DNA of 64,000 nucleotides, taken from the NCBI GenBank assembly GCA_977020255.1, contig CDROCS010000998.1:62001-126000 (forward strand), given 5' to 3'. Positions within the stretch are counted from its first letter, which is position 1. Every line of letters begins with the position of its first letter. The position numbers and the translations under genes are program-made. This stretch comes from Obrimoposthia wandeli. Its lineage: Eukaryota. Below the pieces are notes generated by a model, which was not told where the DNA came from, made no database searches, and saw only the letters and a program-made list of their open reading frames with translations. Positions 57,771 through 64,000 of the stretch are shown here, piece by piece.

Positions 57771-58060
57771 TTTATATCCCTTACCAAAGCTTTCTTTCTT
57801 ATTATAAGAATAGTAACAGGTTTACTGTCCAAATAATGTTGTATACATCCACCATAAATATAGTTACAACCTTATAGATAGTTCTGTTTTATCTGTCTGA
57901 ATGTTTCATATTACGAGTAACTTGCGGTATATCGACGTTAATAACGTAAACATTCAAATTAGGTATGGTAAAAAATGGTGATGACCCAGCGATTTTATTA
58001 GAGTGGTCAGCACCACCCTAATGATCAATGAAGCCTCAAGAACGATACCGTTACGATGCA

Positions 58061-58537
58061 TTACTGCTTTTGTAATATATAGTTTTCAGCCAAATCGTTC
58101 GTGATTCGCTTCCCTTCACGGTCTAAACGAAATAAGCGCCTTTCTCCAACAAAGTACTGAATGCTACTTCCATTATCGTTTACCAACGTGACTGTATTAC
58201 CAGCGGCATTCCATTCAAGTTGACCACTACGTTCGACATCGCCACCTTCTTTTCCTTGATAGGTTTCAGTAAGCATATAAGAGCCGTCTTGCTTAAGCAT
58301 TAACTGTGTTTCTATACCCGAGCAATCAGCACACGGTAAAATGCCATTATATGTACCATTCCAATCCAGTGCATTATGTGCGTTATGTGCATCTGCAATG
58401 ACTTCTGCTTGATCTTGAATTGCAGCGACGATAGCAGATTCAGCCTGCTCAGGTTGCACTGCTTCTGTTGAAGCCTTTTGATCGCAGCCAACCAATAATA
58501 ATCCCATAACTGTTACAACAAGTAGATTTCGTTTCAT
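58061..58537 (-). CDS. NlpE/CutF N-terminal-domain lipoprotein
   Basis: Lipobox LVGC; YNGILPCADCSGI motif; start at ATG 58537. Confidence 0.88.
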   Translation of the reverse strand: MKRNLLVVTVMGLLLVGCDQKASTEAVQPEQAESAIVAAIQDQAEVIADAHNAHNALDWNGTYNGILPCADCSGIETQLMLKQDGSYMLTETYQGKEGGDVERSGQLEWNAAGNTVTLVNDNGSSIQYFVGERRLFRLDREGKRITNDLAENYILQKQ

Positions 58538-58833
58538 CAGTACACCTATATACAACTGCCTATCGATAACTTTCAATTATAGCGATACATCTGTCTGCTT
58601 ACGGTCTGTAAAGTGTTAACTGTTAGTCAGAATATATATGCGGTATTTAGTGAGTATAATTCCTTGATTAAAAAAATATTAATACTGGTTTAATTAAACT
58701 CGAATAGACGCAGTGAAGGGAAAAGAGAATAGTAATTGCAAAACAACACGGCGACTTAATCCTATGTAGATTCTCGTAGAAAATACATTAAGGCGCTTAT
58801 AACTACATCACAGAGATACGATAAGGTAATACT

Positions 58834-59835
58834 ATGTCTTTTAATCTTCGCAACCGTAACTTTCTAAAATTACTTGATTTCACAGGCAAAGAAATCGAAC
58901 ACCTCATAGCATTGGCGCAAGACTTAAAACATGCCAAGTATGCTGGCACTGAACAACAGAAGCTGAAGGGTAAAAATATCGCTCTCATCTTTGAAAAAAC
59001 GTCCACTCGTACCCGTTGTGCATTTGAAGTAGCAGCCCATGATCAAGGTGCACATGTCACTTACATTGGCGGCGGATCGCAAATGGGTCATAAAGAAAGT
59101 ACTAAAGATACTGCCCGTGTTTTAGGTCGCTTCTATGATGGCATTGAATATCGTGGTTTTGGGCAAGATGTCGTTGAGATTTTAGGAGAACATGCTGGCG
59201 TGCCGGTTTGGAATGGTTTAACCGATGAATGGCATCCAACTCAAATCATCGCAGATTGGATGACAATGCTAGAACACGGTAACGGTAAACGCCTAAATCA
59301 AATGAAACTTGCCTATATGGGCGATGCCAAAAATAATATGGGTAACTCACTAATGGTTGGCGCGGCAAAAGTGGGAATGGAAATCCGTCTTGTTGGCCCT
59401 AAAGCCTACTGGCCAGATCCGGCTCTTGTTGCTGAATGCAATGAGTTGTGCGAAATTTCAGGCGGTAAAATTGTCATTACCGATGATGTGCAAGAAGGCG
59501 TTAGCGACGTAGACTTTATTTACGGTGATGTATGGGTTTCTATGGGTGAACCTGAAGAACTGTGGGAAACACGCATAAACGACCTAACACCCTACCAAGT
59601 GAATATGTCGGTTATCACAGCAACGCAGAACCCAGCGGTTAAATACATGCACTGCTTACCTGCATTTCATAATAACGAAACACGAGTGGGTAAAAAGATA
59701 GAAGAAAAATTCAATATGAAAGGTCTTGAAGTGACAGAAGACGTTTTTGAATCTTCTTACACTATTTGTTTCGATGAAGCAGAAAATAGAATGCACTCAA
59801 TTAAAGCAATCATGATTGCGACCTTAGGCGATTAA
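58834..59835 (+). CDS. argF: Ornithine carbamoyltransferase (ArgF/ArcB)
   Basis: STRTR, HPTQ, DVWVSMG, HCLP; GIEYRG suggests the catabolic-type variant. Confidence 0.93.
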   Translation: MSFNLRNRNFLKLLDFTGKEIEHLIALAQDLKHAKYAGTEQQKLKGKNIALIFEKTSTRTRCAFEVAAHDQGAHVTYIGGGSQMGHKESTKDTARVLGRFYDGIEYRGFGQDVVEILGEHAGVPVWNGLTDEWHPTQIIADWMTMLEHGNGKRLNQMKLAYMGDAKNNMGNSLMVGAAKVGMEIRLVGPKAYWPDPALVAECNELCEISGGKIVITDDVQEGVSDVDFIYGDVWVSMGEPEELWETRINDLTPYQVNMSVITATQNPAVKYMHCLPAFHNNETRVGKKIEEKFNMKGLEVTEDVFESSYTICFDEAENRMHSIKAIMIATLGD

Positions 59836-59875
59836 TAGCCAGCAATTCGCACCTAACTAAGAAATCCTATCTATC

Positions 59876-59900
59876 AAAGCCGTATTTTTTACGGCTTTTT
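59876..59900 (+). terminator. Terminator of the OTC gene
   Basis: AAAGCCGTA-TTTTT-TACGGCTTTTT. Confidence 0.8.
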
Positions 59901-60625
59901 ATCGATATATGCTACTGAATTAACGTAAGTGAGATTTCTATCTGCCCCTGTCTGATATAGCTCTATCGCAAATAAGGATTCATTGATATGTGTAATGCGT
60001 CTTATGCTGCCTTTTTCATCAATCGTGTCTTCTTCAAGCGGATGTTTTCGCCACTGATAAATTCTTCACCACATTGAGAATAATTTTGGTTCTATTATTG
60101 ATAAGGCTGGTGAAAAATACATATGTCTGGATGATAGAACGTCAGCAAACATTGGATTTCATGAACCCTATATAGATAACGTAGAAATTCCATGGGTAAA
60201 TCCAAAGACATTTTTCAAAAATGAAATGCTGACTTGAACAAAGCTAATGAAGTATTAGAGGGCGAATCAATGACTCAATAGCAATATCATGCAGGAAAAA
60301 TAGATTACTAAAATCATGATAAAGTTGGGTAAAAATCCAACTAGGCTCTTGTGGGAGTGACTAATACATTAGCCTGAATAGTCTATTAAGTGTAATGAAT
60401 CAACCAATGATAAGATAAAACACACACAAAAAAAAGTGAGTATGGAAGCAGTAAATAAATTTAAAAATTACGTAAATGAAGGTTTTCACTTATTAAAATG
60501 TGACGTAAGACAACTTAAATCAACACTATTGTGAGTTCTATCACTGCAACCAAACATAGTTTGGATCAATAATTCACCCCTAAAAATAACTGAAAACTAT
60601 ATATGATTTTTTCTTAGGGGAATAC

Positions 60626-61486
60626 ATGAACTACAAAAGCTTGCTACTACCATTAACTTTCGCTATTTCGGCAACGGCAATGGCTGGGGGTCATCGTGAA
60701 CCTTATCAAGCCCAAACCGACTTAATAAATAAAACTTATTCAGAGAGCCAAGCCCCAACAATACGTGTTGCTACCTTCAATATGGCCGCTGCTCGCGTAT
60801 CATCACTGACTGAAATAGCTAAAGCGATCAAAGCACTTAATGTCGATATCGTTGCTATTCAAGAAGTTGATATATTGACAGGCCGAAGCGGAAGCGTAGA
60901 TCAGGCAAAGAAGTTAGCTGAACTTACAGGGTTAAATTTTGAGTTTGGTCGTGCTATTGACTTTGATGGTGGTCAATACGGCCTTGCAATTGCTTCTAAG
61001 CACCCAATTCTTAAAACTGAAATAACTCAGCTTCCTTCAGGTAAACGTGAGCAACGCATTGCGTTTGAAGCCCATATCGATGTTCCAGGGTTTGATGCAC
61101 CGGTAACTGTTTTTAATGCCCACTTAGATACCAAAGAAGATCCAACTATGCGTGTGGATCAAGTACGAAAGTTAAATGATACTGCGATTGATACGCGTGG
61201 CATCAAAATATTATTGGGTGATATGAATGATGTTCCTGAGTCAGTGACCTATCGTGAACTCTCTCGATACTGGAATAATATCACTGATAAAAATATTGAT
61301 TTTCGTAGTTGGCCCGCAGGTAATCCAGAAATTCAGGTGGATTACATTATGACGAGCAAAGCACAAAAGTGGGAAATAACAGAAATAGTGGTGCCACAAA
61401 ATAAGATGCAATATGCTGATGTTAATTGGCCAGCAGTCACTGACCATCTTCCTATTATTGTTGAAATGAAAATGCTCGAGCAATAA
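60626..61486 (+). CDS. Secreted endonuclease/exonuclease/phosphatase (EEP) family protein
   Basis: Signal peptide; ATFNM, AIQEVD, NAHLD, GDMND, VDYI, TDHLP. Confidence 0.9.
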   Translation: MNYKSLLLPLTFAISATAMAGGHREPYQAQTDLINKTYSESQAPTIRVATFNMAAARVSSLTEIAKAIKALNVDIVAIQEVDILTGRSGSVDQAKKLAELTGLNFEFGRAIDFDGGQYGLAIASKHPILKTEITQLPSGKREQRIAFEAHIDVPGFDAPVTVFNAHLDTKEDPTMRVDQVRKLNDTAIDTRGIKILLGDMNDVPESVTYRELSRYWNNITDKNIDFRSWPAGNPEIQVDYIMTSKAQKWEITEIVVPQNKMQYADVNWPAVTDHLPIIVEMKMLEQ

Positions 61487-62414
61487 TCAATTAGTACAAT
61501 TCATCACAATTAGCTTTAAGGCACGACTTAATTTATGTAGTGCCTTAATATTATCCACATCCATTGTCTTCAATTCATTCACTAATATATTCGACAATTA
61601 ACCATCCCCTCTATCACCACACCTAAATCCTAAACCGCTCGGCAGGGCTGGTCACACTAGACTGGCCCAGTAATTCCGACCGATCCCTTGGCGAACTAAC
61701 ATCTCTGATTTTTTCTTTCTGACATTTCTCGTAGATATTGTCGTGCCTGTCTTTGGATGTGGCGTTAGGTTGATTATGTAGATATCAACGGTTTTGGCAT
61801 TGTTAAGGCAGCGGATTTTGATTTTTTGAGATGACTCTGTTGCAAAAGAGACATCAAATGATAAACGACTCACGTACCTACTTTGACGAGTTGATAAAGA
61901 CCGCCTCACCTAGTCTACATTCCATGGCATCAAGTCCATCATATTGCAGGTTGTCGTTTCGGTATCGCACGACAGGTATCAAGGGTATAATTTGCGCTCG
62001 CTTTGCCCTTCACAAATGATGATGTTGATGTATCTATTGTGACGAAAAACTGTGGCGTAGTTGGATACTTAGAATCTGAAAATATGCAGCATTATGCAAA
62101 GTACTGCAATTTCAGTAACTTTCTTATGCTTCGTGAAATGAACATCGGGCTAACACAGCCTATGGAGCCTAAAAATGGCAATTGCGTATTTTGCATGAAG
62201 CACAAAGGAAGATACCAAACTCGCTAGATATTATCGATACAAAGAAATTAAAGAGTACCTTACACACTAATGACATTTAAAAAAATAATCGCCCTCTAAG
62301 CCACACTACCAACCGTCTATCTGCACCCAAGGGGTAGGTCTGGGACAAGAACTAATTATTTAAGGGGAATATCGTGAGTTTATTGAGGATTTTGAATGTA
62401 CTTATCTAAATTCC

Positions 62415-62788
62415 AGCTCCTAAATTCAGGGATCCCATCCTGTTTTCATAAAAAGGGTAATGGCGGCTTAAAGCGACCTGCAGTCTATCACGACAACCAT
62501 TCGCCTTTATCCATCCCGCTATTGGGTTAACTTTCGGCTTATAATCTTAAAGTAGTAGATATATCGCTTTTTAAGCAACGTTTTTCCACTGCAGCTTGAA
62601 GACCTTTTGGCCTTTACTTTAACTACTGTCAAACATTCACTGAAACTTTTTTTCGCTTCTTCACCTGTCAAAGCAAGCGTTTTGTGGGCTTCCCAAACAG
62701 ATATTATCTTTCGAAGCCATATCCACCACATGATTGGCGTATAAAAACATCGTGGCTTTTACTGATGAAATGTGAAGACATTGTTGAC
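62415..62788 (-). mobile_element. Heavily deleted remnant of a class C group II intron related to 45748-47770
   Basis: Ordered patches matching the intact IEP gene: cctgttttca, cgcct(t)tatccatcccgc, actttcggcttata, tcttaaagtagt, tgtgggcttccca, ggcgtataaa..catcgtggcttt, agacattgttga. Confidence 0.8.
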
Positions 62789-62794
62789 GTGTAA

Positions 62795-62882
62795 TGAATA
62801 CAGCGCCGCCGTTGTCTTGAGTGATGAAACCGAAACCTTTCTCTTCGTTAAACCACTTCACGATACCAGTTGTGTTAGACAT
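62795..62882 (-). pseudogene. Truncated cold-shock protein gene (CspA family)
   Basis: MSNTTGIVKWFNEEKGFGFITQDNGGA (RNP1), then the sequence passes into the intron remnant; RNP2 (VHF) and the C-terminus are missing. Confidence 0.85.
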
Positions 62883-63207
62883 GTTTGTCCCTTATTTAAT
62901 ATTCAAATGTCGCATATGCGACGTAATAATTTTTGAATTATACACTATTACGCTAAATAAAAGGAAACATATAGGCACATAACGATAACGTTTTTGTAAC
63001 TGTAAGTTTAACTTGTACTTGATGCTGCATGTAATAACTCTCTTAATTGCTGAGCGATATACTAACAGGTATGTCGCTTTTGTACAGCTAAATTTTGTTT
63101 TTTTATTCGATAAACTGTTATAAACAAAATAACCAGTGGCTTAACTGTTCACGTCAATCTAAAAAAGACGCTTCTATACAAAGCCTTACAAAATTACATT
63201 ATGTTCA

Positions 63208-63399
63208 TTACAGAATTTCTTTTACTCGCCCAACATCACCACTTTCTAAACGAACCTTAATACCATGAGGGTGCGTTGCAGATTTAGTCAGTAGATCTTT
63301 CACAATGCCTTTTGTTAGATTGCCTGTGCGTTGATCTTCTTTTAAAACGATTTGTACTTCTAATCCAGCATAAATATCTGAGCGGCTTGTACCATTCAT
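63208..63399 (-). CDS. YwbE (DUF2196) family protein
   Basis: IVLKEDQRTGNLTKGIVKDLLTKSATHPHGIKVRLESGDVGRV. Confidence 0.88.
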   Translation of the reverse strand: MNGTSRSDIYAGLEVQIVLKEDQRTGNLTKGIVKDLLTKSATHPHGIKVRLESGDVGRVKEIL

Positions 63400-63439
63400 T
63401 TTGATTGCTACTTAATTAAGAACATTAATATAGCGATTG

Positions 63440-63475
63440 TATACTCAAGCTACTCGTTTCAGCGAGAATTTATTG
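63440..63475. repeat. ERIC-like dispersed repeat remnant (family B)
   Basis: TATACTCAAGCTACTCGTTTCAGCGAGAATTTATTG. Confidence 0.5.
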
Positions 63476-63500
63476 CAGAATTACAGAGTCATGATAACAA

Positions 63501-64000
63501 TTAATTGATCACTGTAAAACGGTCAAAAAAGGAGACAGTTTCCATTAGCACTTGGTTGCGTAGTTCATCTTTCTCCATCAATAGTTCATGCCTAGCTTGC
63601 TCTATCACTTTGATCCGGCATTTCTCACTCACGCAATTGAAACGACGCTGCGCTTTATTATCAACTATTGTGTCGTTACCCGCCTGTAATAACAAAACAG
63701 GAGTCTTCAATTTTTCCGCATCACGAATACAATCATTTGCCGCTGTTAAAGCTTGCCACAACCAGCGAGCACTAGGGCCTCCAATGCGCAGCTCAGGGTG
63801 AACCTGATATAAATGTTTCGCCCATACGTAGCGTAATAAGCTTTGGCATTGATCATTCTCTTCGAAAGGCGCTTCATGATATGCCTTCTGTCCAAATAAA
63901 TATGAAGGTTGTTGTTGATATTTATCTGCAAATTTAGTCAACATTTTTGTCATAAATGGTGCGACATAATGTAGGGCAGCAGGCATGCGAATGCCAAACA
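63501..64000 (-). CDS. pldB: Lysophospholipase L2-like alpha/beta hydrolase, C-terminal part (starts beyond window)
   Basis: Frame open to the edge (FGIRMP); GGPSARW, LLQAGNDTIVDN, ARHELLMEKD. Confidence 0.85.
   Translation of the reverse strand, partial: FGIRMPAALHYVAPFMTKMLTKFADKYQQQPSYLFGQKAYHEAPFEENDQCQSLLRYVWAKHLYQVHPELRIGGPSARWLWQALTAANDCIRDAEKLKTPVLLLQAGNDTIVDNKAQRRFNCVSEKCRIKVIEQARHELLMEKDELRNQVLMETVSFFDRFTVIN

Noticed and set aside
58628-58662. ARG boxes upstream of the OTC gene
   Set aside because: Only one passable box (AGAATATATATGCG); the second, tandem box does not fit the spacing.
62295-62360. Riboswitch or intron domain V-like motif left of the intron remnant
   Set aside because: No conserved riboswitch core or AGC/CGC triad hairpin could be built.
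7269-64000. Many 60-215 aa ORFs overlapping long genes on the opposite strand or in another frame (e.g. 33011..33658, 7912..8304, 12221..12544, 57445..57807)
   Set aside because: They are shadows of well-supported genes, with no motifs or RBS support.
1-64000. rRNA, tRNA, tmRNA, known riboswitches, defence systems
   Set aside because: No cloverleaf, rRNA signature or defence-protein motif was recognised by eye; an Infernal/Rfam and DefenseFinder scan would be needed to exclude them formally.

Overview
AT-rich chromosomal window from a marine, facultatively anaerobic gammaproteobacterium (Vibrionales/Moritella/Psychromonas-like; inferred from gene content only). Positions 1-2733 are the c-end (left end) of a Mu-like transposable prophage: a DDE transposase A read by hand from 1252 off the window edge (absent from the ORF track), ner, and an S24-type repressor, with a TG..CA terminus at 2733 that interrupts a small zinc-ribbon gene. 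The rest is a mosaic of accessory metabolic and stress modules: uspA; a TDT transporter; an AraC-GyrI regulator; a stand-alone Tat-exported TorZ/DorA-type molybdoenzyme fused to a C-terminal monoheme cytochrome c; Dcu; a PHB-depolymerase-like esterase; ackA; a 5'-nucleotidase/beta-barrel/NPP trio; atoE; sigma54/NorR-controlled hcp-hcr; a Firmicute-style feoAB with a Cys-rich partner; a two-component system with an orphan sugar-binding protein; ypdAB-yhjX; a class C group II intron with a damaged IEP inserted behind a terminator; an agmatine-deiminase locus with a putrescine-transcarbamylase-like enzyme and a 19-codon carbamate-kinase relic; a repeat-bracketed rpiR-dcuC-pepT module; an OTC; an EEP phosphatase; a cold-shock gene fused to a decayed second intron copy; ywbE; and a partial pldB. 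No rRNA, tRNA or CRISPR array was seen. Strongest leads: the molybdoenzyme-cytochrome c fusion, the atypical transcarbamylase/agmatine locus, and a recurring pattern of accessory DNA bounded by duplicated terminator hairpins.
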